This document shows, piece after piece, positions 28,621-37,832 of a stretch of 64,000 nucleotides of DNA. Every line of letters begins with the position of its first letter. Position 1 is the first letter of the stretch. This stretch comes from Minisyncoccota bacterium (lineage in GTDB: Bacteria > Patescibacteriota > Minisyncoccia > Phycocordibacterales > UBA9973): the NCBI GenBank assembly GCA_025453495.1, contig JALOQM010000002.1, positions 12,680-76,679 on the forward strand. Reading direction: 5' to 3'. Position numbers and translations under genes: made by a program. The notes beneath the pieces are model-generated. The model saw only the letters and a list, made by a program, of their open reading frames with translations, did not search any database and was not told the origin of the DNA.

Positions 28621-29124
28621 ATGAAACACGAAATCCAAAAAAGAGATGATGATTCTCAGGCTCTTTCAAGGCACGATGACTTCGCCAGCCCCTTCTCTCT
28701 CATCAACCGATTCTTCGACGACTCATGGGATCCGTTCACTATGATGACACCGAGCCTATTTAGAAACCACGGGCTTGGTAATGTATCGACGGTATTCCCG
28801 AAAGTTGATGTCAAAGAAACGGACAAGGAAATCGTGGTAACAGCGAATGTGCCAGGTCTGTATCCAAAAGACATCAATGTCGAGGTTGGCGATGACTACC
28901 TTTCGCTGTCAGGAAAAGTAGAGAGAGAAAACAAAGAAGATAAGAAAGGCAAAGTCTACCGTTGTGAGAGAGAATGCGGAGAATTCAGGCGAGAATTTTC
29001 TCTTCCGACTCGGGTGAAAAAGGATGCGATTGTGGCAAAGTCGAAGAACGGAGTCCTCACAATCACTCTCCCAAAATCTGAAGAGGGAATGAAAAAACGT
29101 GTCAAGATAGAGGTTGAGAACTAA
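28621..29124 (+). CDS. Hsp20/alpha-crystallin small heat shock protein
   Basis: PKVDVKET, ANVPG, ERECGEFRREFSLP, NGVLTITLPK, C-terminal IEV. Confidence 0.95.
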   Translation: MKHEIQKRDDDSQALSRHDDFASPFSLINRFFDDSWDPFTMMTPSLFRNHGLGNVSTVFPKVDVKETDKEIVVTANVPGLYPKDINVEVGDDYLSLSGKVERENKEDKKGKVYRCERECGEFRREFSLPTRVKKDAIVAKSKNGVLTITLPKSEEGMKKRVKIEVEN

Positions 29125-29220
29125 CCTCGAAACCCCGCACTTTCAATTGATACGGGGTTTTGGTGTTGGTTTTTCATACTCAATTATTAAAAGTGTCATT
29201 AATCACAATATAAAGTAACT

Positions 29221-29511
29221 ATGAAAAGTATCAAACCGATTGGAAACAAAGTATTAGTGGAACTTTTGAAAGTATCGAATACAACCGAATCAGGCTTTAT
29301 TCTTTCGAGTGAGGATAAAACGGAACAGCAGAAAGGAAAGGTGCTAGATGTTGGAGTCGGGTATGGTGAAGAGAAAGAACTTATGTCGAGCGTGAAGGAG
29401 GGTGACGTAGTCTTCTTCTCGCGGTATGGAGGCGAAGATATCAAAGACTCTACAGGAGAAGTGATTCAGAAAATTATTGGTATCAAAGATATTTTTGCGG
29501 TCGAAAAGTAA
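29221..29511 (+). CDS. groES: Co-chaperonin GroES
   Basis: IKPIGNKVLV, TESGFIL, GKVLDVG, VKEGDVVFFSRYGG, DIFAV. Confidence 0.93.
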   Translation: MKSIKPIGNKVLVELLKVSNTTESGFILSSEDKTEQQKGKVLDVGVGYGEEKELMSSVKEGDVVFFSRYGGEDIKDSTGEVIQKIIGIKDIFAVEK

Positions 29512-29548
29512 TATTACTCATATATCTAATCAAAATAAACACAAAACT

Positions 29549-31162
29549 ATGGCAAAAAAGAAAATCGTGTACGGCCCTGAAGCCAGAAAAGCTATTCAGG
29601 AAGGAGTGAATGCTGTTGTGAATGCTGTGAAGACATCCTATGGACCAGTTGGAAGAACTACTGTCATTGGACAGTCGTATGGAGATCCAACGGTCACTAA
29701 TGATGGCGTAACAATTGCTAAAGCAGTAGAGCTTGATGGGGTCGAACAAATGGGCGTGAAGCTGGTTCAGCAAGCGGCAAACAAGACAAATGAGGAAGCT
29801 GGTGATGGTACGACACTCACTACCATTCTCACTGGCGCAATAATCAACGAAGGCATAAAAGTAGTAGAAGCTGGAGCCGATCCTGTAAAGATTAAGTCTG
29901 GCATAAACAAGGCAGTATCATTTGCAAAAGAAGAGCTGCAGAAAATCACGGTACCTGTGAAGACAAAAGAAGATCGCAAGAATGTTGCATATATTTCGAG
30001 CCGATCGGAAAAAGTTTCTGATATCATTGCCGACATCTTGGAAGAAGTTGGTACCGATGGTGTGGTAACGATTCAAAATGGCGACACTAACTCGATTGAG
30101 AAGGAAGTGACGACAGGTATGCAGTTCGATAAGGGTTACAAGTCGCCGTATTTTGTGACTGATAACGTGAAGATGGAGGCAGTGGTTGAGAATCCCTATG
30201 TCCTTATCACTGACAGAAAGGTGTCTGCTGTATCCGATGTTGTGGGAGTCATTGAGGCTGTGGCGAAGTCTGGCAAGAAGGATCTCGTTATCATTGCTGA
30301 CGATATTGACGGAGAAGCCCTTACCACATTCGTTCTCAACAAGATCAGGGGTACCTTCAACATCTACGCAGTCCAGGCCCCTTCGTTTGGCGACAACAAG
30401 AAAGCCATTCTCGAAGACCTCGCTATTCTCACCGGTGCTGAATTCATCAAGTCTGATCTCAATGCTCAACTCAAAGATGTAACTATTGATAAACTCGGCT
30501 CTGCACAGAAAGTCATTATCTCAAAAGACACGACAACCATTGTCGGCGGTGAGGGCGACAAAAAAGAGATTGAAAGTCGAGCTGAGTATCTCCGATCTCT
30601 TATCTCGAAGGCAACTGCTGATTATGAAAAAGAGAAGCTTTCTGAGCGCTTGGCGAAAATTAAGGGAGGCGTCGGCGTGATCAAGGTCGGGGCGTCATCC
30701 GAAGTTGAAATGAAGGAACTCAAGTTTATTGTCGAGGATGCGCTCAATGCCACAAAAGCAGCTATCGCGGAGGGTGTGGTTCCTGGTGGTGCATCGACAC
30801 TCGTTCGCTTGTCTCATAAATTGTCTTCTCTCAAGGCTGAGAACGACGATGAAAAAATTGGTATCTCAATAATTGAGAAAGCATTCATGATGCCGTTTAG
30901 GGCCATGGCTGAAAACTCAGGTATGTATGATGTTGCTATTGCTATACATGATATCGTTGGGGGTGCAAAGACGGGTTTCGATTTCCGAACCATGAAGTCC
31001 GTAGAGGACATGCTGGAAAAAGGAATCATCGATCCGAAGATGGTGCTTCGAGAAGCTATCGACAATGCATCATCAGTTGCTTCGTCAATCATTACCACTC
31101 AGGTGGTGATATGTGAGGAGGAGAAAGCAGAGAAAGGCAATCATCTGCACGATCTCGACTAA
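29549..31162 (+). CDS. groEL: Chaperonin GroEL (divergent)
   Basis: TNDGVTIAK, AGDGTT, GMQFDKGYKSPYF, APSFGD, ERLAK, EDALNATKAA, GIIDP. Confidence 0.97.
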   Translation: MAKKKIVYGPEARKAIQEGVNAVVNAVKTSYGPVGRTTVIGQSYGDPTVTNDGVTIAKAVELDGVEQMGVKLVQQAANKTNEEAGDGTTLTTILTGAIINEGIKVVEAGADPVKIKSGINKAVSFAKEELQKITVPVKTKEDRKNVAYISSRSEKVSDIIADILEEVGTDGVVTIQNGDTNSIEKEVTTGMQFDKGYKSPYFVTDNVKMEAVVENPYVLITDRKVSAVSDVVGVIEAVAKSGKKDLVIIADDIDGEALTTFVLNKIRGTFNIYAVQAPSFGDNKKAILEDLAILTGAEFIKSDLNAQLKDVTIDKLGSAQKVIISKDTTTIVGGEGDKKEIESRAEYLRSLISKATADYEKEKLSERLAKIKGGVGVIKVGASSEVEMKELKFIVEDALNATKAAIAEGVVPGGASTLVRLSHKLSSLKAENDDEKIGISIIEKAFMMPFRAMAENSGMYDVAIAIHDIVGGAKTGFDFRTMKSVEDMLEKGIIDPKMVLREAIDNASSVASSIITTQVVICEEEKAEKGNHLHDLD

Positions 31163-31187
31163 TTATTAGTTAATTGTTTTAAAAATC

Positions 31188-31592
31188 ATGACAACAGATT
31201 GGAAAAACAAACTGAAGGATTGGTTCAATGGGTCAAATCTAGTACTAATCATACTTCTTGCTGTTAGCATTCTTGCAAACGGATACCTTCTGTATCAAAT
31301 GAAAGATAACGGCAAGAAATTGGCATCACAAAATATTCGTACTCTTACCACTCAAAACCTAGACGGCTCTAGTGTTGCGACCATTGAGTCTCCATATGGA
31401 GTGAGAAACGAGGTGTATTCCAAATATGAGGATGGAAAATGGAAAACATACTCAACCTCTACTCCGATTACGGAAACTGAAGTAAAAGAGATGAGAGCCA
31501 CCATCAATGCCCGGCATAAAGCTCTGATGGACTATTTCAGAAAACAGGATGAGCTCATGAACCAATTCTGGAGTTCGTTCTACGGATTCTAA
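31188..31592 (+). CDS. Membrane-anchored hypothetical protein, co-transcribed with groEL
   Basis: 134-aa ORF with a single TM helix and C-terminal amphipathic helix (DELMNQFWSSFYGF). Confidence 0.75.
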   Translation: MTTDWKNKLKDWFNGSNLVLIILLAVSILANGYLLYQMKDNGKKLASQNIRTLTTQNLDGSSVATIESPYGVRNEVYSKYEDGKWKTYSTSTPITETEVKEMRATINARHKALMDYFRKQDELMNQFWSSFYGF

Positions 31593-31631
31593 AACAGACA
31601 GCACTCACAATGTGAGTGCTGTCTGTTTTAG
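31589..31631. terminator. Perfect 21-bp inverted repeat closing the chaperone operon
   Basis: CTAAAACAGACAGCACTCACA-A-TGTGAGTGCTGTCTGTTTTAG. Confidence 0.8.
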
Positions 31632-31653
31632 TCAGGTCAAGAATATTCCGAAT

Positions 31654-31762
31654 CTGCTGAGCCGTCAGAGACTCGAACTAAAAATTTAGACAATTTCAAA
31701 AATCTAAGTATATATTTAGATCCATATTATTTAAAAATGTTCGAGTCGAATATCCACAGCAA
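31654..31762. repeat. Degenerate cassette right-end element
   Basis: GACTCGAAC (31670-31678) ... GTTCGAGTC (31739-31747), 70-nt CGAAC-to-GTTCG span, CAGC in the same register; the left arm on the minus strand matches the tRNA-Gln 3' region at 15/17. Confidence 0.6.
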
Positions 31763-32037
31763 AGTCTTACTAGTATGATATGTCAACGGAACCCAGGCGC
31801 TCGAGATTATTAGAAAGATTGACTTCGTCGAAAAGCGGCTAATGATTTCATTTATCAATGAAAGTAGTTTTATTACAAGAAAAAATACTGATTCAATCAT
31901 AGGAGCTGTGTATTTTGATTTTGACTGCAGAGAGATTCTTCCGCAGCATCCTTGCCTGACTCTAAAACTATTCAAGTAATTGTACGATCTATGCTGGGAG
32001 CTCGACGCAAAGCTGATATAATTGTACTATATAGCCT

Positions 32038-33540
32038 ATGCACGAAAACCTGCCCAAAAAGTTAGACGATTCCAAAGAGTATATAGATACTGAGCTTGAG
32101 AGTGTCAAAAGTCCTGAAAAAAGGAAATATCTAGAAAAGATGTATTTAGATATTGCGGAAATAGTTGCATCAATAGATGCGGAGGCAAAAGAAACACACA
32201 CTGAAGATAGTGTTGTGTATAAAAAAAGACGTAATGCTCTTGATGAAGCACAAGTAATTATTCATGGAATTGTAGCTCCACACAAGAAAGTTGAATCACT
32301 TGCGTCAAATAAAATTATGGTTTCCTATTCTAGAAGAAATGAAGAATGGGCTCGTATTTTGCATCTTGCACTTAGAAAAATGGGCATGGATGTGTGGTTT
32401 GATAATCAAGAGACAAACGTCACTTCGGATGAAGCAGAAGATGGGTATGAAGAACGTGGTGGCGGTCTTGATTTTGGAAATGAATTAGATACATCTATAC
32501 ATGAACAAAGAGGTATCGGTATTGGAAATGAATGGAAAGAATCGATAAATAATGGAATCTCTGAAAATGGGCATGCTGTGGTACTCCTTACGCATGATGT
32601 ACTTGATAAATTTGATGTTATTGGTGGTCAAGAAATTCCTAAAATGATAGAAAAAAATACATCGATTGTTGTTGCTTGTGTTGATAATCCACAAAGGGGA
32701 TCAGTCTTTGAGCGGCTTAAAAAATTTACTCAAGAAAATGAGACACACAAAAAGTATCGAAATTCTATCGAAGTATTGTCAAAGGCGCCACGTGTCGCTC
32801 TTTCGGAAGGAGACTTTACCGCCCCAAAAAGCAACTTAGGTGAAAAAATTGTCGAATCAATTCCTGTAACTGATGCAGATGCAGTCATGACACCTCAAGA
32901 CAATGGTACTCCTGCACAAAGTAGCAACATTCTAGAGTCTATAGATATACTAAAAGAACATGTATCAGAAGATGATTCATACAAAGGACAAGTACAGAAA
33001 CGTGCGTTGGAAGAGTGTCAAATAATTATAAAAAGTCAAACTGATCCAAAGAAACTCGTTGCCAGAAAACATTTGCGATCTCAGTTCTTTCATTATCCAA
33101 AGAGGCAATTGCGCACTCCAGATATATACGACCAAGTGAGTGCCACTTTCGAAGATATGGGTTTGTGGAAAGAAGATACGCAACAAGAAGGTGGATATAC
33201 ACTTTTGCCACTTACTAAAGAAAAAATGAATGATTATACAGCGAGTTTTGTTAGTAATTTTTCTGAATTTGTAGATTCGGATACTCTATGGATTTTAGTA
33301 GGAGAACCAGGCTTTTTTGATTCGCTAAATGAAGTCCTTGAAAAAGCGATACAAGAAAGAGATGTGCTAAAAAAGGGACAAGATACTCGCAAGATAGATG
33401 AGATGCTAAAAAAAATTGCTATTTTAGAAAAATTCAAAAAAACACAAGGACTTTTTGTCAGCGACAATGATCTAAAAAATCCCAAAGGTCTCGCTTCGTA
33501 CTTACTGATGAAACAAGCTCTTTCTGAAGTAAAAAAATAG
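32038..33540 (+). CDS. TIR-domain protein with internal duplication
   Basis: KIMVSYSRRNEEWARILHLALRKMGMDVWFD...IGNEWKESINNGI...AVVLLT...QE TIR signature. Confidence 0.8.
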   Translation: MHENLPKKLDDSKEYIDTELESVKSPEKRKYLEKMYLDIAEIVASIDAEAKETHTEDSVVYKKRRNALDEAQVIIHGIVAPHKKVESLASNKIMVSYSRRNEEWARILHLALRKMGMDVWFDNQETNVTSDEAEDGYEERGGGLDFGNELDTSIHEQRGIGIGNEWKESINNGISENGHAVVLLTHDVLDKFDVIGGQEIPKMIEKNTSIVVACVDNPQRGSVFERLKKFTQENETHKKYRNSIEVLSKAPRVALSEGDFTAPKSNLGEKIVESIPVTDADAVMTPQDNGTPAQSSNILESIDILKEHVSEDDSYKGQVQKRALEECQIIIKSQTDPKKLVARKHLRSQFFHYPKRQLRTPDIYDQVSATFEDMGLWKEDTQQEGGYTLLPLTKEKMNDYTASFVSNFSEFVDSDTLWILVGEPGFFDSLNEVLEKAIQERDVLKKGQDTRKIDEMLKKIAILEKFKKTQGLFVSDNDLKNPKGLASYLLMKQALSEVKK

Positions 33541-33703
33541 AATACTCACATCCTACCTGTATTCAATAATTCTGAAAACATACAGTACAACTACATTTAC
33601 AAACACAGCTTCGTGTTTTATTGTAAATTTCTACATTTTCTTGTATAGTAAACGTGTCATCAGCAAGGTGCTGGTGAAGAATGTACATTTAAAATAAATA
33701 ACC

Positions 33704-35263
33704 ATGAAAAAACTGTTTCTCATGTACACTATGTGTGTACTGTTGCCGTGTACTGCTAGAGCGCAGACCAATGCTGCGCTTAATGCAAACAATATCTGGA
33801 TTGCCTTTAGTTCTAATGGTGACCTCTATTCGAGTTCGACATTAAATTTTAGCAATGGCATGCAAGTTGCTAATCAGAATCACTTTTCACTCGGTCAACT
33901 TTGGATGGGTGGTTTTGATCAAGGTACTTCATTGCATCTTGCTGCGCAAACATACCGGCAAGCTGGTACTGATTACTGGCCTGGTCCGCTTGATACTACT
34001 ATCGGATCTATTGCTCCTGCTGTGTCAAATCAATGGGACAGGGTGTGGTTTGTGCGAAAGACAACCATTGATAGCTTCAGGCTTGGTCTGTTTGGAAGTC
34101 AGATACCAAGTGCGGTAGCTGATTGGCCTGGTAATGGAGCAAGTGCTGCTAATCAAGCCAAGATACTTGCACCATTTGTGGATCTCAATGCCAATGCTTT
34201 GTATGAGCCACAGCTTGGCGATTATCCAAGGATTAAAGGCGATGAAGCAGTATATTGTATCTTTAACGATGCACAGACTGGTTCTCTTCATGGTCAAAGT
34301 GGGGGAATTCCGTTCGGATTTGAAATTCATGTGATGGCATATGCGTTCTCGTGTCCCAGTGACTCTGCTCTTATGAATTCTGTTTTTGTCCATTTTGACA
34401 TTTACAATCGGACTGACTCTGTCTACACTGATTGTCATGTTGGGCACTTCAGCAACTTTAATTTTGCTTCGAGTATTTTCCAATATGCAGGGACAGATTC
34501 TCTTGGGAAATATCAGTATTTTGCAGATGAGTATATAAATAGTGCAGTGGGAATCGTTTTTCTGGATAAAGAGTTAACAGGTTCATTTTGGTTCAGTAAC
34601 AATGTATGGACTCAGACACAACTTTCACTTAGTACTCCAGGCGATTACTATGAAATGCTCCGAAATCAGTTCCCAGACGGCACTCCATTAACCTATGGAG
34701 GAAGTGGGTATGGAGGCACAAATCAAACCTCGTATTGCTACACGGGGAATCCAGCAACAAATACCGGTTGGCTTGATACGATCGCCTCTGACAAGAGAAT
34801 TGTAGCAAGTTCTGGGCCATTCATTATGCAACCACGAGGTAAATACGAGTTTGATATCGCTCTTATTTATGCAAAAGATTATGTAGGTACTACTCCGTTT
34901 CAATCGACAGTGGTTTTGAACTCGCGAGTTCAAACACTACGTCAATATTTCCAGACAGGCCTAAGTCCTTGCGGAAATATTTCAAGTATCACTGATCCAT
35001 TGCAAGTGGGTACCCTTCATGTCTTCCCAAATCCTGCGCAAGATATACTAACGCTTGCGTTTGATTGTTTGGAAAGCAGTGATCTTATCGTCAATATATA
35101 CGATATTACTGGGAAACTCGTTAAAACAGTAAATCAAGTGACAGTACCTTCGGGTGCACAAGCAGTAACGCTATCGGTGGAAGACTTGGCAACAGGACTC
35201 TATTTGGTAGAGCTCAGCACAACAACCACTCGCAAGGTCGTACAGATTAATGTACTAAAATAA
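33704..35263 (+). CDS. Secreted protein with Bacteroidota T9SS type A C-terminal sorting domain
   Basis: Signal peptide; C-terminal VFPNPAQD...IYDITGKLV...LATGLYLVEL...K; body LWMGG...LAAQTYRQ...WPGP...LAPFVD...GDYP. Confidence 0.88.
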   Translation: MKKLFLMYTMCVLLPCTARAQTNAALNANNIWIAFSSNGDLYSSSTLNFSNGMQVANQNHFSLGQLWMGGFDQGTSLHLAAQTYRQAGTDYWPGPLDTTIGSIAPAVSNQWDRVWFVRKTTIDSFRLGLFGSQIPSAVADWPGNGASAANQAKILAPFVDLNANALYEPQLGDYPRIKGDEAVYCIFNDAQTGSLHGQSGGIPFGFEIHVMAYAFSCPSDSALMNSVFVHFDIYNRTDSVYTDCHVGHFSNFNFASSIFQYAGTDSLGKYQYFADEYINSAVGIVFLDKELTGSFWFSNNVWTQTQLSLSTPGDYYEMLRNQFPDGTPLTYGGSGYGGTNQTSYCYTGNPATNTGWLDTIASDKRIVASSGPFIMQPRGKYEFDIALIYAKDYVGTTPFQSTVVLNSRVQTLRQYFQTGLSPCGNISSITDPLQVGTLHVFPNPAQDILTLAFDCLESSDLIVNIYDITGKLVKTVNQVTVPSGAQAVTLSVEDLATGLYLVELSTTTTRKVVQINVLK

Positions 35264-35279
35264 TCATTTTTACAGTTAC

Positions 35280-35312
35280 AAAAACACCGCTTTGAAACAA
35301 AGCGGTGTTTTT
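35280..35312. terminator. Intrinsic terminator
   Basis: AAAAACACCGCTTTG-AAA-CAAAGCGGTGTTTTT. Confidence 0.8.
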
Positions 35313-35366
35313 ATTTCAAAATAGTATAACGTTTCCACTCTCGTCACTCTTCGCTATACTTAGGCT

Positions 35367-35924
35367 ATGGAATCAAAGTATGAAATAGCTGTTTTTGGTG
35401 GTGGATGCTTTTGGTGCACAGAAGCAGTGTTTGCGATGCTCAAAGGTGTCATCTCAGTCGAGCCGGGCTATGCCGGAGGTACTGTCACAGATCCGACGTA
35501 TGAAGAAGTCTCGACAGGTACAACCGGACATGCAGAGGTGACACGAGTGGTATTTGATCCCACATGTATGTCGTTTGATACACTTATGACAGTATTTTTT
35601 GCTTCACACGATCCATCAACTCTCAATCGCCAAGGCAATGATGTGGGTACTCAGTATCGATCAGTAATTTTTTATACGACACCAGAACAAAAAGGCAAAG
35701 CTATAGACATGATTGCAAAGCTCGAGAGAGAAAGCAGAGAAGGCAATCCCATTGTTACTGAAGTCACGCCACTTGAGTATTTTTGGTCTGCGGAAGACTA
35801 TCACAAAAAGTATTATGCCAGGCACAAAGAGCAAGCGTACTGCCAGCTTGTCATTAATCCGAAACTTAAGAAAATACAAAAAGAATTTGCAGAACTTCTA
35901 GAGGGGAAATCTCTCGAATCCTAA
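35367..35924 (+). CDS. msrA: Peptide methionine sulfoxide reductase A
   Basis: GGGCFWCTE, GYAGG, TGHAEV, GNDVGTQYRS, AEDYH. Confidence 0.97.
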   Translation: MESKYEIAVFGGGCFWCTEAVFAMLKGVISVEPGYAGGTVTDPTYEEVSTGTTGHAEVTRVVFDPTCMSFDTLMTVFFASHDPSTLNRQGNDVGTQYRSVIFYTTPEQKGKAIDMIAKLERESREGNPIVTEVTPLEYFWSAEDYHKKYYARHKEQAYCQLVINPKLKKIQKEFAELLEGKSLES

Positions 35925-36107
35925 GTGTTTACAAATGATTTGTATTTACCGTATAGTACATACGTGTAAAAAATACGACATATTTTAGAGAATCCATACG
36001 TTCGCACTGCACTAAGTTTCCTTAATTCATGAGTACACTAGTATATTCTTTGGTTATGCGAAAATGTAGTAGTACATAATTTTTTTTGACCTGAAACACT
36101 AAAATTC

Positions 36108-37286
36108 ATGCAGAGAGTACACGCTATTTTTCTTATACTCATTATTACGCTTATTTTTTGGCGTTTTCTTGCTGCACCAGTTTTTGCTCAAGAGGTTGTC
36201 ATTGATACAACAGTGCTTCTGAAGGCTCGTGTTATTGCTGTTTCGGAATCACCACAGAAAGCACTTCCAGGTGTCTCAATTTCTTCAGAGACACAGATGA
36301 TTTCTGTTGAGCTTCTGGAAGGTGAACGAAAGGGAACTACTGTTTCTATCTTTAATGATTATTTGCCGTTTTCTGAAGGTGACCTGTTGTATGTCCTGCA
36401 TACGACCAATCCGATTGACGGTATTGATACGTATGCGGTATCAGAGCCGTATCGACTTCCGGCATTGTTGCTTTTCTTTGTGCTTTTTATCCTAGTAGTG
36501 TTTGCGGTCGGTGGTAAACAAGGTATCCGAGGACTTGCTGCACTTGCGGGTGGACTGGCACTTATTGGTTCATTTCTTTTGCCAGGTATTATTGCCGGCT
36601 ACTCGCCAGTGCTTGTGTCAGTTATCGTCGCTTCACTTATTTCTATACTTGGCTCCTACGTCACACATGGCTTCAATAAGACGACATCTTCTGCAGTATT
36701 GGGTATGGTTGCGACGATTCTCTTCACAGGTGCGCTCGCATTTCTTGCAGTACATTTGACGCGCCTCACAGGTCTTTATAGTGAAGATGCGGTCTATCTC
36801 AATTTTGATACGAAGGGCACGATTGACCTGCAAGGTCTTTTGCTTGGCAGTATCATTATCGGTTTACTTGGAGGACTCTATGATGCTGCAATCGGGCAGG
36901 CTGCTGCAGTTGATGAATTGCGCTCCGTTGCTCCACATTTACCGCGCACTGTTATTTATCGTCGTGCGGTGCGGATTGGGAGAGAGCATATCGGTGCGCT
37001 CGTCAATACACTCGCTATCGCGTATGTCGGCGCTGCATTACCGCTTATCTTGCTATTCTACAATTCCGCGAGTGGTAGTACTCTTTCGCATTTAAATCAA
37101 GAAGTATTTGCTACAGAGATCATTCGCACGCTTGTTGGTTCTATCGGACTTGTCCTTGCCGTGCCACTGACGACAGTTATCGCTGTATGGATGCTTTTTC
37201 CTAAAAAAGAAGAAGCAAGCGCAGAGGTGCTCAAACAAGAAGAAAAGCTACTCTCACGTATTGGACATACACATTCACATACTTGA
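36108..37286 (+). CDS. YibE/F family membrane protein
   Basis: GLYDAAIGQ, IGREHIGALVNTLAIAYVGAALP, EIIRTLVGSIGLVLAVPLTT. Confidence 0.9.
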   Translation: MQRVHAIFLILIITLIFWRFLAAPVFAQEVVIDTTVLLKARVIAVSESPQKALPGVSISSETQMISVELLEGERKGTTVSIFNDYLPFSEGDLLYVLHTTNPIDGIDTYAVSEPYRLPALLLFFVLFILVVFAVGGKQGIRGLAALAGGLALIGSFLLPGIIAGYSPVLVSVIVASLISILGSYVTHGFNKTTSSAVLGMVATILFTGALAFLAVHLTRLTGLYSEDAVYLNFDTKGTIDLQGLLLGSIIIGLLGGLYDAAIGQAAAVDELRSVAPHLPRTVIYRRAVRIGREHIGALVNTLAIAYVGAALPLILLFYNSASGSTLSHLNQEVFATEIIRTLVGSIGLVLAVPLTTVIAVWMLFPKKEEASAEVLKQEEKLLSRIGHTHSHT

Positions 37287-37346
37287 TACAAAGTATAGCT
37301 ACACCGTATACTGTACGTACTTATTATTTTTTTATAAAACAGTAGT

Positions 37347-37814
37347 ATGAACAAAACGCTAAGTACTGTCATATTGGTTGCCATGTTTATATTTGCAGGG
37401 TACTTCTTTGTCAAAGGGAGAGAAGCACAAAAAGATAACACACCGCCGCATATATATATGGCTGACAGTACTGTAGATAGAAAAGTGTCTGAAGCACCTT
37501 TGCCTCTTGCGCCTACTGCCACACATGACATCATTTTTTCTGATAGCGGCTTTTCACCAAATCAGATACGCATCAAGAAAGGGGACACTATTATATTTAA
37601 AAATGAGAGTTCTTCGGCGATGTGGCCGGCCGCAAATGCTCACCCGACGCATCGCGAGTATCCAACGACTGGTGGTTGTCTTGGGAGTGCATTTGATGCA
37701 TGCAAGGGAATCCCTGTCAAAGAAACATGGTCATTTACCTTTGATCATATCGGCACATGGAAGTATCACGATCACTTGTCTCCACAGTGGAGAGGCAGTA
37801 TTATAGTTGAATAA
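37347..37814 (+). CDS. Membrane-anchored cupredoxin/plastocyanin-like protein
   Basis: GFSPNQIRIKKGDTIIFKN, WPA.NAHPTH, WSFTF..GTWKYHDHL...GSIIVE. Confidence 0.82.
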   Translation: MNKTLSTVILVAMFIFAGYFFVKGREAQKDNTPPHIYMADSTVDRKVSEAPLPLAPTATHDIIFSDSGFSPNQIRIKKGDTIIFKNESSSAMWPAANAHPTHREYPTTGGCLGSAFDACKGIPVKETWSFTFDHIGTWKYHDHLSPQWRGSIIVE

Positions 37815-37832
37815 GATAACTTTATTTACTAT

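Larger units (their letters stand above)
22351..31760. mobile_element. tRNA-Gln-anchored tandem cassette array (composite genomic island without integrase)
   Basis: GGTTCGAGT-N8-GGCAGCCAGYTTGAG occurs at the tRNA end (22351), 24521 and 26466, with a degenerate copy near 31739; accessory cargo lies between the copies. Confidence 0.75.

Noticed and set aside
22351-31762. Classical integron with attC sites
   Set aside because: No intI, no clear RYYYAAC/GTTRRRY boxes at the hairpin ends, cassettes are multigenic and bidirectional, and the core is a tRNA 3' end.
31727-32201. Short ORFs between the chaperone operon and the TIR gene
   Set aside because: No recognisable motifs, and they overlap the junction element or the TIR gene.
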